This document shows positions 1-10,431 of a DNA stretch of 64,000 bases, piece after piece. The stretch is from assembly GCA_030867685.1 (NCBI GenBank), contig JAQOWU010000007.1, positions 1,116,001 to 1,180,000 of the forward strand, given 5' to 3'. The stretch is from Wickerhamiella versatilis. Its lineage: Eukaryota. A model generated the notes under the pieces. That model ran no database searches and was not told the DNA's origin. It saw only the letters and a program-made list of their open reading frames with translations. Within the stretch, counting starts at the first letter, position 1; every line of letters starts with the position of its first letter. The translations under genes and the position numbers were made by a program.

Positions 1-363
1 CCTTTGTGAACCAGTTAAAGAATCTTTTGCTACAAACACACCATCGCCAGCATCCGCACCATCAAGACCTAGATCAATGGGCTTGAGGTGCTGCATATAG
101 TCATATTGGCTATCGTCAAACGTAATTCCATACAATGCAGCCTCTCCTTCATTATTTCGTCCATCAAACTCATTTTCAAGCTCCTGCCTCCCAATCCACC
201 TCTGTTTCCGAGCCTCTTTTTCACTTTTAGTATTCAAATCTTTTCTCGGTACAAGCACCCCTGAAGATGCAGATTCATCGTAGAAGCGGCTATCATCATG
301 AGACCTATTCACGACTTGAAATGTCTCTGCCTTCTTTTTGTCAATCCACTTTTTTGGACCCAT
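1..363 (-). CDS. LTV1: Ltv1 40S ribosome biogenesis/export factor, 5' part (runs off window edge; absent from ORF track)
   Basis: Manual translation from ATG at 363: MGPKKWIDKKKAETFQVVNRSHDDSRFYDESASSGVLVP...NEGEAALYGITFDDSQYDYMQHLKPI, matching the characteristic Ltv1 N-terminal motifs (H-D-D-x-x-F-Y-D; GEAALYGI-x-FDDS-x-YDY-x-QHLKPI). Confidence 0.9.
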   Translation of the reverse strand, partial: MGPKKWIDKKKAETFQVVNRSHDDSRFYDESASSGVLVPRKDLNTKSEKEARKQRWIGRQELENEFDGRNNEGEAALYGITFDDSQYDYMQHLKPIDLGLDGADAGDGVFVAKDSLTGSQR

Positions 364-483
364 GCAGAGAACAAAGAAATATATAGATTATGTAATTTTT
401 CTGGTATGTCCTATTATATATTATAACTGTCTAACGAGTTATATTGTGGTCGAATTACCTTAGATAGGGGTTAATTGCAAGGA

Positions 484-2031
484 TCATGCTATAATTGCGA
501 GAGCTGCCAGCAGCCCTGAGAGTGTGGCAATAGAACCACTATTACTAGATGAATGACTAGAATCACTCGATGATGCTGCACTAGAGTGAGCCGAAGCACT
601 TGCAGTCGCTGTTGTAGTGGCGACCTCAGAGGCAGCCTTGTTGTCACTTGTCACAGGCCCCAGGTATCTGTTCTGAATAAGGGGGGTCGCAACACCACTC
701 TCTGCCGAAGTTGATGTAGAATCGACCTGTGAAGTAGTCGATTCTATATCACCATTTACTGCCGGTATATCATTCACGTCCACAATTTTCGAGCTGTTTG
801 TATGGCGGCGGGGGCTGATATAAACTGAAGAACTACTCGAGTCAAACACTGTATACACGTGACGAAAGAACGAGTCACCCAACAAGAAATTAGGAGATGG
901 GACAAGGCTCAGGGCACTAACATTTTGAGGTCCATTGTTGAGCCATATATATGAGGCAGGAACAAATAATTTCGAGATAGGAATATCCACCGCGAGATGA
1001 CCCAAGTTAAACGTAACAGTTCCATTCAGTTTTGACGGATCAGAATCAGTATAATAGGCTTCATATTTCTCATTCTTAGAAAGGTTGAACTTTTCTGCAA
1101 CTCTACGCACAAAACCCTGCGGTAAGAGTGTTATGGGCGAACCTGTGTCAAGAGTGACAGGGCTTCTCCACGTGTAGTTGTCACCATGGTCCAATTGCAG
1201 TGTGTTGGAATGTACTATCCAGGTTCCTGCGTAGTTGGTATTGTTGACCTCTCCTTGAAAACGGTGGAACGGCAGCTGTGCCTGAGCAAGGTCGACGCCG
1301 CCGAATATGAATTTACCGGCAGAACCATCAAGAAGCACACTGAAAGCGGAAGAATTGGTCACGTTCTGCGCAAATAGCGCCTCGGGAAAAGTCTTGTAAC
1401 TTGAGGGGCCTGATCCCTCAATATGTGGGCTCAATCCTAGAAGGCCTGGTGCGCCTGCAGCAGCAGCAAAGCTAGATACAACTCCTAGTTCAAAATCGAC
1501 ACGTGGGGAGCTTCCATTGTAGATGCCTGCTGTACCGTTCAAAGTGCTTGAAGTTCCATTTGACGTGGTAGTACCGTTCACCCCCTTGGGCAGGACGCTG
1601 ATATCAGTATATACATAGTCATGCGCCCAATGGCCGAGGTACTGACCAGAGCCATACCTAGCACTGAAGCTTTCATTTTCCCAGCTGAATGTAGAAGATT
1701 CATTGTAATAAAACATTGGAGCATCATTGGAACTTCCATTGGGACCGAATACCCAAGACACTGGGGAACCTGTGTCTAACAATACTTCAGCCCGTTGAGA
1801 AGGAGTACCAATGTAAATATCGCCATAGTAAAAGTTGTAACTTGGAGTCAATGTTACATCTTGGCCGACTGCCACTTTCATCGAGGGCTTTTCACCCATA
1901 AACTTTGCTCCAGATGATAGAGACCCTTTAGAGGAAGCCAAATCCTCAGCATTATTTTTTACCCGAAAATCAAATGAAACACTGGCTAAGGCACCCGAGA
2001 GTAGTACACAGATGGATTTCATTGCTACCAT
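484..2031 (-). CDS. Yapsin-like GPI-anchored aspartic protease (pepsin family A1)
   Basis: Two catalytic DTGS motifs (LLDTGS, TLDTGS), YYGDIYIGTPSQ, LLGDSFFR; N-terminal signal peptide; Ser/Thr/Ala-rich stalk and hydrophobic C-terminus (GPI signal). Start could be 2031 or 2022. Confidence 0.88.
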   Translation of the reverse strand: MVAMKSICVLLSGALASVSFDFRVKNNAEDLASSKGSLSSGAKFMGEKPSMKVAVGQDVTLTPSYNFYYGDIYIGTPSQRAEVLLDTGSPVSWVFGPNGSSNDAPMFYYNESSTFSWENESFSARYGSGQYLGHWAHDYVYTDISVLPKGVNGTTTSNGTSSTLNGTAGIYNGSSPRVDFELGVVSSFAAAAGAPGLLGLSPHIEGSGPSSYKTFPEALFAQNVTNSSAFSVLLDGSAGKFIFGGVDLAQAQLPFHRFQGEVNNTNYAGTWIVHSNTLQLDHGDNYTWRSPVTLDTGSPITLLPQGFVRRVAEKFNLSKNEKYEAYYTDSDPSKLNGTVTFNLGHLAVDIPISKLFVPASYIWLNNGPQNVSALSLVPSPNFLLGDSFFRHVYTVFDSSSSSVYISPRRHTNSSKIVDVNDIPAVNGDIESTTSQVDSTSTSAESGVATPLIQNRYLGPVTSDNKAASEVATTTATASASAHSSAASSSDSSHSSSNSGSIATLSGLLAALAIIA

Positions 2032-2712
2032 CAAAATATTCTACGAGGGTAGGCCGGAAGTTTGTCGTTATAATTGGATTGATGGGCAAGGGTACAAGAA
2101 AAGGGGGTGGAGATCATATGCTTTTACCTATTTAAGGAAAGTTCGAAGTAGAGTGTCTGAAAGCAAACTTTCACCTACTATAAGTGCTTTTCATGATTCG
2201 AAGGTTAGATTTTTTTTTGATTAAAGGTGGATAATATTTATGAAAAATTGAGAGCTTCAGGGTAAGGCCAGTAAACAAGAAGATGACGTCAAATACACGA
2301 GCAATAGGTTGGCTTGAAATTCCGGTGCACTGCCCAGTTGGGGTGGGTCTAAAATATCCTCTAGGGTAACCCTTCTAACAGATTACTCTATTGTTTATCC
2401 TTTTTTGAGTTTCAATATTTTCACAATGTTCCATATTTTATAAGAATTTGACTTAGCAATCATGAGAAATTTCTGTTCTTCGAAATAGCACAAATAATTT
2501 ATTGTGGAGGTTATTATCCTAGGCATTGGTAGGAAAGATATACTCTATCCAATTCCTGTTTTAAGTGAAGCATAACAAGCTTAAGTACATGAAGAAAAAA
2601 TTAAACGAAGCCTCTTATTACAAATGCCTGGATTCTCTATTTTTCAGAGTTCCATTAAAAAAGGACCAATTTTATATAGTTGCCTGGCAGTGCACATTCT
2701 CGTATATGAATT

Positions 2713-4728
2713 CTAAGCTTGTTTGGCCCTTCCCCTGGCCATGAGATGGGGTGCCATTTCCACTAGCCACTCTTTTTCAATAGGTGAAACAAGTCTCGCA
2801 TAGCCCTTGGTAGTGAAAACATACTCTAAGTACATAATAGCTTCCGGCTGAGGTCGTCGTCCAAATAGTGCTGAACCAGGGTGTATTGCAATAGGCTGCT
2901 GGGTCATTATAGTATGATAACGGTTGTCTGAGAGTAGTAGACCTGTATTCGTAACGAAGCCACGTAAGAAAGTGCGAATTAAGGAGGCCCAGAAATCAGG
3001 ACCTGTTTCTTCTGGTTGCACATACTCAGAAGATATATGCAAATAACCTGCGAGTTGCTGCCGGACCTGGCTTACGCCCCTAAGACTACGGAGTGAGACG
3101 CCAATGCTATTGCACCAGTCCTTCAGCTCACTGTTTTTTGCCCCGCTAGACTTCAGCAACTGATATGAATCCCACAATTGCTTCACAAGCACAATATCCC
3201 CCAAATGTGCAGCGGCCGGGAAGAGTTCCAGGCGTTTCGCACCCACCGCCTCTCGTCGCTCAGCTGGGGGAACCATCAGCAAATCCTGTACTGAAAAACA
3301 AGCTGCCACATCAAGTACAGCATTCATGACTGCAGTCTCCTCCTCCAGGGCACCCAGGAGTACGCGGGCCATGCTTGGGTCGACAGGTAAAGTTGCCATC
3401 ATACGACCTCTTTTTGTTGGTTGACCATGGTCATCCAATGCTCCCAATGAGTATAAGTGCAATAGTGCTTGACGTACGTTTTGTTTCGGTGGGGGATCAA
3501 TCCAGTCGAACTCCAAAGGATTCGTAATTCCTGCACATGCTAGAGTTAATATAGGGCCATCAATAGAAACCCGAGAAATCTCTGGCTCTGTGTGCTCCTG
3601 GAAAGTCAAGTATTGGCTTTCTGTGAAAAGCCTCCAGCATTTCCCTGGCGCCTCCCGACCAGCACGACCCAAACGCTGTGCAGCACTTGCTTGACTCACA
3701 GCTGCCGGCAGCAGAGAATCTAGGCCTAGCGCAGAACGATGTACACGGACTTTTCTCAAACCACTGTCAATAACATAACGTACACCACTAATCGTAACAG
3801 ATGTCTCCGCAATGTTTGTCGCCAGCACAACTTTTCTATGCCGTTTGGGTGGTGGTTGGAATGCTTTACGTTGCTCTTTTTCCGAAAGTGCAGCATATAG
3901 TGGGGTAACAATAATTTTAGGCTCACTTGCAGGTAGCTGAAGTTCTCTGACTTTTTCAGCGGTTGTCTCGATCTCTTCCTGCCCTGGTAGAAAAACAAGT
4001 ATATCGCCAGGAAGTGGCTCTGAACGGTTAACCTGGCGTATACACTGTGCAGCAGCACTATTTATATTTGCAACAGGCTCCTCAAGAACAAAGCGCTGTA
4101 CGGGATGCTGTCGACCCGGAACCCAAAGGACAGGCGTTTCAGGACCAAAAAAGTCTGCGAAACGAGCTGCATCTATTGTTGCACTCATAACAACTATACG
4201 AAGATCGATTCTTTGACGTGTGAGCCGCTTCAAAAGCCCAAGGAGCAGATCAGTGACTACCGTGCGCTCATGAGCTTCATCCACGATCACCGTGGTATAC
4301 CTGTCCAGATTAGGATGTATCATAATTTCACGGAGCAACATACCATCGGTAACGTATCGGATTTTAGTTTCAGGGCTGACCTTCGCTGCAAAGCGTACTT
4401 GGTAGCCTACAAGCTTCCCGACAGGCTTTCCACTTTCCTGGGCAACCCGCTCTGCTAGAGCCATTGCTGCGACACGCCGTGGTTGGGTTATCACTATGCG
4501 TTGACGTGGGTCATGTTCCAACAAGGCTTGAGGTAATTGAGTTGATTTGCCGGAACCAGTGGTGCCGACCAATATAGTTACTGGTCGTCCAAGTATCCAT
4601 TCGGCACTTTCAGCCCTAACTTGATACATAGGCAGCTCGGATCGCTGTTTCTTAAGGTCATCTTGACAAGATACCTCTCTCCCCCTCTCCTCTGATTCCG
4701 AGTCGTCGTCATACTTGACGACTTTCAT
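2713..4728 (-). CDS. DHR2: DEAH-box RNA helicase Dhr2/DHX33-like (18S rRNA processing)
   Basis: GTTGSGKSTQ, TQPRRVAA, DEAHER, SAT, ATNIAETSVT, QRLGRAGR motifs; short N-terminus and LDSLL...GREAPGKC pattern fit Dhr2 rather than the splicing helicases. Confidence 0.8.
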   Translation of the reverse strand: MKVVKYDDDSESEERGREVSCQDDLKKQRSELPMYQVRAESAEWILGRPVTILVGTTGSGKSTQLPQALLEHDPRQRIVITQPRRVAAMALAERVAQESGKPVGKLVGYQVRFAAKVSPETKIRYVTDGMLLREIMIHPNLDRYTTVIVDEAHERTVVTDLLLGLLKRLTRQRIDLRIVVMSATIDAARFADFFGPETPVLWVPGRQHPVQRFVLEEPVANINSAAAQCIRQVNRSEPLPGDILVFLPGQEEIETTAEKVRELQLPASEPKIIVTPLYAALSEKEQRKAFQPPPKRHRKVVLATNIAETSVTISGVRYVIDSGLRKVRVHRSALGLDSLLPAAVSQASAAQRLGRAGREAPGKCWRLFTESQYLTFQEHTEPEISRVSIDGPILTLACAGITNPLEFDWIDPPPKQNVRQALLHLYSLGALDDHGQPTKRGRMMATLPVDPSMARVLLGALEEETAVMNAVLDVAACFSVQDLLMVPPAERREAVGAKRLELFPAAAHLGDIVLVKQLWDSYQLLKSSGAKNSELKDWCNSIGVSLRSLRGVSQVRQQLAGYLHISSEYVQPEETGPDFWASLIRTFLRGFVTNTGLLLSDNRYHTIMTQQPIAIHPGSALFGRRPQPEAIMYLEYVFTTKGYARLVSPIEKEWLVEMAPHLMARGRAKQA

Positions 4729-4817
4729 TTTACACACCCTAACCCAACACCTTTCGAGACTGTCAAGTAGATAGAAACTTCATTTCACTAATTTCAGTAA
4801 AGTATGCATGATATATT

Positions 4818-5234
4818 CTACTTAATGTCTGGTGGCGGTAAAACCGGCAACTCACCTGCAGGTTCAGGAGGCGTTCGAGCAAACTCCACAGCATAACTAA
4901 TTGCATTAGAGCCCACAAGCAGCCATAGCGTGGAGGGATAGATTCCTCGGGCAAATGTCTTCTTGGAGGCCATAAGGTAAAGTGTGGACCATACAGCGGT
5001 AAATCCGGCCCCATTACGATAATCTCCATCATACATCATCCATGTGCCCAATCCAAAAGCTGAGCCGAATCCTAAACACGTAAATTTCGAAGGACGTAGC
5101 GGTAAACCGTTAACCAACTGCTGGCGGAGCAATCCAGCGAGAGCAAGCCCTGATGACGCTGCTGCGGGATAACCCGCTTGTAGTGCAGAACGATACCACT
5201 CCATATACACTTCTGGCGGCTGTGATTTTTCCAT
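4818..5234 (-). CDS. AIM19: Aim19-family mitochondrial membrane protein
   Basis: G-x-WMMYDGDYRNGAGFTAVWSTLYL resembles the Aim19 core (GAYMIYDNDLENGAGFIATWSALYL); similar size. Confidence 0.8.
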   Translation of the reverse strand: MEKSQPPEVYMEWYRSALQAGYPAAASSGLALAGLLRQQLVNGLPLRPSKFTCLGFGSAFGLGTWMMYDGDYRNGAGFTAVWSTLYLMASKKTFARGIYPSTLWLLVGSNAISYAVEFARTPPEPAGELPVLPPPDIK

Positions 5235-5540
5235 TCTAGACAGCCTGTTGCTATGTGTGGGGTTGTGAGTGAGTGGGATTGGGAGTGATTTGATTTGCTT
5301 ATAACCCCCACCTTCCTGTCAGACTTGCTGTGTCTTGCTCCTCACTGTTCAGGTTTACACCGCTGGATTGACAAGCAAATCGAATGATTCCTGAAATTGA
5401 ATATATCTGAGTGTACTCGCTGTTTTATGAGACATGATGGCATATCACTGTTGTTGACAGGATCAAGAGCCACATGATCAAAAGGACCATTCGCTGCTTA
5501 CAAGGCTCCAACTTTCAGGTGATCCTGTCGAGGCCAAGGA

Positions 5541-6782
5541 ATGGCGCGAAAACCCCGGGTAGAGCCCGAGTTGAGCGTCCATTCTGATTCTGAAGGGTCT
5601 GAGGAGGAAACAACAAGGTGTATTTGTGGTAATGAGGAGTTGAAGCAGAATGCACGCACGAGAGGGGCAAACCCTGGACTCTTCGTTCAGTGCGAGAACT
5701 GTCACGTCTGGCAACATGGATTCTGCGTAGGGTTCACTCGCGAAAAGAATGTACCGGATACTTATTTTTGTGAAAAGTGCCGCCCAGACTTCCATGAGAT
5801 TGTCGAAACTGATGATGGTTTCACCAAGTCACGCTATCAGCCACATATAGAGACTCAAGATGAGGAGACTCAGTTCGATGGTTCAAAAAGCACTGAGAAT
5901 ATAGAAGCAGAACAAGAAGCCGAAGAGATAAAGGAGCCGGAATCAGGAGAGCATGAAGAAGAAGAAGAAGAGGAAGAAGAAGAAGATAAGCAATTAGAAG
6001 GAGTGGAAGAAGACAGAGGCCGAGATTCTGAAGCAACACAAGGTAAAGTGAAATACCATAAACGCCGGAGCGTCCCAACCCCACTGGAGGATCTTCCTGA
6101 GAGAACTTCACGTGCCGGTCGCAAGAGGCGGTCACGCGAAGAGGAGATACTACAGCGAGTTCTTGAGGAGTCTGCACGTGAAGCACGAGAACTCGAGGCT
6201 GCCAATATTCCGGAAGAGGATGGAATTAATGATTATGAAGATCCGGAAGGAAAAGCTAATAATGACAACGACAAGATGAACGACAAGACGGATGAGAGTT
6301 GGCGTGGGAGTTCTGCCAAGGTTCGTGGATCGAAGAACAACCAAAATCACAGAAAGGATACAGAGTATGACGACGAGTCAATTGATAAGCTTGCATCTCT
6401 TCCGGAAAAGCCAAGACGTGGAAGGCGAGGACGTAAACGCGCTAATGCCGATCAAAACGCCAAGACTCATAATGGACACACTGCTACCCAAAATGGTGGC
6501 GGGGCAGTTAAAAAAAGTAAACCAAAGTTTCCTTCAACCCGCAGCTCACTACCGGAGATGCGGCGACGTGTAGCCTCGATAATCGAGTTCTCCACCAGAG
6601 TACAGGCAGATATCTCAACGGGTATCAATTCGCGTGAGGCAGCTGTTGCCAACATCAATTCTGATTCGCCAGAACTTGTCGGAAAAGTAGAAACTCTAGC
6701 CTCGCAGAGCGAAGCTAACCTGGCCACCCTCGAAGCTTTGACTCGAAAGCTCTTATCATGGCAAGAAGAGTTTGGAATGTAA
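5541..6782 (+). CDS. CTI6: Cti6-like PHD-finger subunit of the Rpd3L histone deacetylase complex
   Basis: N-terminal PHD (TRCICG...QCENCHVWQHGFCVG...YFCEKC), acidic/basic low-complexity middle, C-terminal EMRRRVASIIEFSTRVQ motif typical of Cti6. Confidence 0.8.
   Translation: MARKPRVEPELSVHSDSEGSEEETTRCICGNEELKQNARTRGANPGLFVQCENCHVWQHGFCVGFTREKNVPDTYFCEKCRPDFHEIVETDDGFTKSRYQPHIETQDEETQFDGSKSTENIEAEQEAEEIKEPESGEHEEEEEEEEEEDKQLEGVEEDRGRDSEATQGKVKYHKRRSVPTPLEDLPERTSRAGRKRRSREEEILQRVLEESAREARELEAANIPEEDGINDYEDPEGKANNDNDKMNDKTDESWRGSSAKVRGSKNNQNHRKDTEYDDESIDKLASLPEKPRRGRRGRKRANADQNAKTHNGHTATQNGGGAVKKSKPKFPSTRSSLPEMRRRVASIIEFSTRVQADISTGINSREAAVANINSDSPELVGKVETLASQSEANLATLEALTRKLLSWQEEFGM
5955..5986 (+). 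repeat. Imperfect (GAA)n trinucleotide repeat encoding poly-Glu in CTI6
   Basis: gaagaagaagaagaagaggaagaagaagaaga read directly. Confidence 0.8.
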
Positions 6783-6891
6783 ATTTATTTAGCATTGAGT
6801 AAATGCCTCTTAATTAGTTAGATTAATGTTCTCTGCATAGGTAGTCTGGAACCGGCTCAACATTATTCCCTTCTGTGTAAGCAAATCACAT

Positions 6892-8106
6892 ATGCTTGAT
6901 GCGATAGTTATTGGAGCGGGCTCAGCCGGGCTTGCTGCTGCTGAGGAACTTTACAAGTCGCAAAAGAAATTCGTTGTGATTGAGGCTCGTGAAAGAATTG
7001 GGGGGCGAGTCTTGACTACGCCGGAGGGTATTGAGCTTGGTGCCGCGTGGTTTCATGAATGTCCTCAGAATCCGCTTGCGGAACTCTCAGAGTCTGCAGG
7101 GATCGACTCAATTTTCGATGATGATAAAGTCAAGATAATTAGTGGAACAAATGGATCGGATATTGATCCAAATGATAGTGTCCTATCAGACTTTGATAAG
7201 TGGCGTTTGTCCCAGGACGAAACTTCTTTAAAGGAGGCATTCGACAAATTTTCGGCGGATCTACCGTCTGATAAAGCATTGAAGTTGAAAGAAATGACAG
7301 AAATTGCACAAGTACCGAATGGACTGACCTGGGAAGCATTGTCTTCTCATATGCAAGGTGGTGGCGGTGGAAGAGATCGCGCAGTACAAGGATATATTAA
7401 TGTGCTTAAAACTGTGATCGGTCCAGATGTTGCTGATAAGATTCACTTAGGTGAGCCGGCCACTAGTATTAACTGGGGAAATGATAGTGTGGAAGTCTTA
7501 ACTTCTAAATCCACGTATCAATCTCGCACTGCAATCATAACCATTCCACTAGGTGTTTTAAAGAAGGAAAAAACCCTTTTCAAACCCGAATTGCCGTCAG
7601 GACTTGTGAATGCGATCAATAGTGCCTCAGTAGCCAAGCTTGCGAAGGTATATGCGACATTCCAGAACCAGTGGTGGAATTCAGATACTCTAAAGTGGCT
7701 GATAGCTGGAACTAAGCCAGGTCTGGTGTGGAACTTCAGTGCAGTTCATCCCAAGGGACCCGCAAACACGTTATGTGTTATTGTGGGCAATACAGAGGCA
7801 GAAGCCGTGGAGTCTGCCTCTAACGGTGGCGAAGCATATAATGTTGTGCGTCCATTGCTTAACCTCATCGGACAGTCTAGTGAGCCCGTGAAGGTCTCTA
7901 CGTCTAATTGGATCACAGACCCATACTCGGCGGGTGCATACTCTTCATTTGGAAAAGGTGCAACTAGAAAAGATGCTGTGGCTGCGTTCAAGCAGGGAGC
8001 GCCACCTCTCTATTTTGCTGGTGAACACACAACACTCGAGGGTGCTACATTTGTACATGGCGCAGTAGAGAGCGGAAAGCTTGCCGCTGAACAGGCCATA
8101 AGTTAG
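6892..8106 (+). CDS. Flavin-containing amine/polyamine oxidase (Fms1/Cbp1-like)
   Basis: IVIGAGSAGLAAA dinucleotide fold, EARERIGGRV, ELGAAWFH, WITDPYSAGAYS, LYFAGEHT...HGAVESG. Confidence 0.85.
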   Translation: MLDAIVIGAGSAGLAAAEELYKSQKKFVVIEARERIGGRVLTTPEGIELGAAWFHECPQNPLAELSESAGIDSIFDDDKVKIISGTNGSDIDPNDSVLSDFDKWRLSQDETSLKEAFDKFSADLPSDKALKLKEMTEIAQVPNGLTWEALSSHMQGGGGGRDRAVQGYINVLKTVIGPDVADKIHLGEPATSINWGNDSVEVLTSKSTYQSRTAIITIPLGVLKKEKTLFKPELPSGLVNAINSASVAKLAKVYATFQNQWWNSDTLKWLIAGTKPGLVWNFSAVHPKGPANTLCVIVGNTEAEAVESASNGGEAYNVVRPLLNLIGQSSEPVKVSTSNWITDPYSAGAYSSFGKGATRKDAVAAFKQGAPPLYFAGEHTTLEGATFVHGAVESGKLAAEQAIS

Positions 8107-8259
8107 AGACTTTATTTCCATAGACGTTTAGTGATAGTTTTTAGACTCTTTTTTTCGATTTAGTAGCTAACGGGTGTTATCATTCCATCGCTGCAATTAT
8201 TTTGCAGACGTAAAGAATTCGAATAATATATTGATAGTTAATTAGAATGCTATTATCAC

Positions 8260-8278
8260 TATATATATATATATATAT
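8260..8278. repeat. (TA)n microsatellite between convergent 3' ends; probable 3'-end efficiency element
   Basis: Run of TA dinucleotides read directly; TATATA is a known yeast 3'-processing element. Confidence 0.7.
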
Positions 8279-8307
8279 TAACCTATGTAAACACGCAATA
8301 GAACAAT

Positions 8308-10431
8308 TTATTGAACACCCTTGGAAAATGCAAGGGCCCAAGTGTGCGAGAGCCCATCATCTAGCCAAGATGACTTGAAAGAAGGGCTGCTGAAGAAAGA
8401 ATAAGATGAACTAGCATCAAATAAAGCGCGATTCAACTGAAGTATGCCTTTCCAGCCAGAATCGACATTATCGACAATACCACTAATAATTGCATCCCAC
8501 TCTTCCTTCACAAATGTTGGTGAGCGGATATATGAGGAGATTGGAGTAATTGGGATCATGTGAATGCCTTGGATGTATTCTTTGTTTGTGCCAAAGTATG
8601 TTGTATGATCAACCTTGTTCTCAAACTTGATACCGCTAACCTTGTTACCAATAAATTGGCTCGGCACAGTAGTGTTCGACGATTCATACAACATATATTT
8701 GTTCATTGCTCTTCGACTTATGGCAAGCGTAAGATTAGCACGTGCCTCCATGTTCTTATCTCCGATAACTGATGCCCATAGCTTTATGCCATAATTGGCA
8801 TGATAGTCCTCAGAAGAGGATTCCTCATCTTTTCCATCTGCACTAGAAAATAGGCCTTTGGCAAGGGAATGACCCTGATACCAATCGAAATTACGAGATA
8901 CAGGAAAAGTTGTGTCACTTCCGTATGTTGCAATGTCTCGAACAAGTGCGTTGACCCAATCCTTATTATCATTAGCCCACGAACCACCAAAGTCATTATC
9001 AACCTTTCCCACTATAGCCGCTGCGTGGATAAAGTAGCCATAGTGAAAATGGTGGTCATTGTAATAAGTATTACCGAAGTCTGCCATTGGATCGTTAACT
9101 CCTGCTTGGCTCACAAGCCCCTTCCAGCTCTGGTCGTAGAAGAGGGGCGTATGTTGCTTATTCTGTGTGAATGTACTAAAGGCTTTTTTCATATCACTCA
9201 GAATTTTCTTCGCAAGACTATCATTCCGGACAATATACTTTGTAACCAGGAGGATAAGTGCGTATTTATCCATCACCTTTCCGCTAAAATACATGGACGT
9301 GAGATTGGTCGCATTTGGGAGATCTACGTACGATATTTCATCATGCACTGCTGATTCCAGTGTATCAATATCAGAAGAGGAAAACTTCGACGTAGAAAAG
9401 TTTGAATCACCTGCTGCTTGGTTTACTGTCCAGGGGAGAAAACCAACATCCTTAGGTAGTCGCTCGTACATTTCGAGTATATTTGTGACGCAAAGGGTCA
9501 ATTTACCTAAAACAGGACTTTGAAGCTGGTAGTTTGTGACTTTTCCATTCATTGTAGACGTGAAGGCATCATAATGATGGGGAGCGGCATAAACAAGCGT
9601 TCCACCACCAGTGGAAGAACCAGCAAGTGAATATTTCAGCGAATATGCAGCAGTACCATAGTCACTGGTGATACCGCCATCCAACACAACACTTGTAGGG
9701 TATGCGCCAGCCGCTGAGTCGATCACATCTTCCCAGCTTGTGTCCCCTAATTTAGCAACTTGCACCACAAGCCCACTTTCACTTGAATTCACCTGGATGT
9801 GCTGGTGATCTTTCTGAGTTACTCGTACAGAGTGGCCTTCATTCGATGAAATATATAGATTCCAACGACACTTGTTTTCAAGGGTCAATTGAATTTTCGT
9901 AACGCCAGTACGAATTGTGGATGCCGATCCAACATTAGAAAAGCCAACTTGAGAGCTTATTTCGGGGATCAATCCATTGTATACAGCAGTAATAAAACCC
10001 ATGCCATTGCAAATAGGATAATCAACGTAGCCATTGTTCAACGACAGCCGAGCTACTAAAGAAAGAGGTCCCCAGAGCCTTGTAGAAAAAGAAGGTGCGC
10101 TAGTGAACTGTGCAGCACCCAGGCATAGTGAAATTACACCCGATGGCATATAAAAGTATTCGACGGTGCTAGCAGATGCATCTGGACCGAGGCATCGGTC
10201 AGACTCATCACTGTGCGAAATACCAAGGCCATAGAAATTTTGCGTATTTGTCCACCAAACTACGTAAGGCTGCGGGTATGCAAAGCCAGTCCGGTCATCG
10301 AGAAGCATGTTCGTATAGAACTTGTTGGTTTGTACCGGTTGGTTATTAGAGTCATCTGGTGGGCTCAGAGGATGCGCTTTTTGTGGGAATATCGACGGAA
10401 CGCCTGTTGATATTGCCTTGAAAAGAGACAT
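8308..10431 (-). CDS. ACF2: GH81 endo-1,3-beta-glucanase, Acf2/Eng2 type (no signal peptide)
   Basis: PVQTNKFYTN, DFGNTYYNDHHFHYGY, DGKDEESSSEDY, FENKVDHTTYFG, YIQGIHMIPITP; no signal peptide or Ser/Thr stalk. Confidence 0.88.
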   Translation of the reverse strand: MSLFKAISTGVPSIFPQKAHPLSPPDDSNNQPVQTNKFYTNMLLDDRTGFAYPQPYVVWWTNTQNFYGLGISHSDESDRCLGPDASASTVEYFYMPSGVISLCLGAAQFTSAPSFSTRLWGPLSLVARLSLNNGYVDYPICNGMGFITAVYNGLIPEISSQVGFSNVGSASTIRTGVTKIQLTLENKCRWNLYISSNEGHSVRVTQKDHQHIQVNSSESGLVVQVAKLGDTSWEDVIDSAAGAYPTSVVLDGGITSDYGTAAYSLKYSLAGSSTGGGTLVYAAPHHYDAFTSTMNGKVTNYQLQSPVLGKLTLCVTNILEMYERLPKDVGFLPWTVNQAAGDSNFSTSKFSSSDIDTLESAVHDEISYVDLPNATNLTSMYFSGKVMDKYALILLVTKYIVRNDSLAKKILSDMKKAFSTFTQNKQHTPLFYDQSWKGLVSQAGVNDPMADFGNTYYNDHHFHYGYFIHAAAIVGKVDNDFGGSWANDNKDWVNALVRDIATYGSDTTFPVSRNFDWYQGHSLAKGLFSSADGKDEESSSEDYHANYGIKLWASVIGDKNMEARANLTLAISRRAMNKYMLYESSNTTVPSQFIGNKVSGIKFENKVDHTTYFGTNKEYIQGIHMIPITPISSYIRSPTFVKEEWDAIISGIVDNVDSGWKGILQLNRALFDASSSYSFFSSPSFKSSWLDDGLSHTWALAFSKGVQ

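Noticed and set aside
5266-5460. GTGAGT...TTGACAG possible intron upstream of CTI6
   Set aside because: An in-frame TGA lies between the acceptor and the CTI6 ATG, and the branch site is weak.
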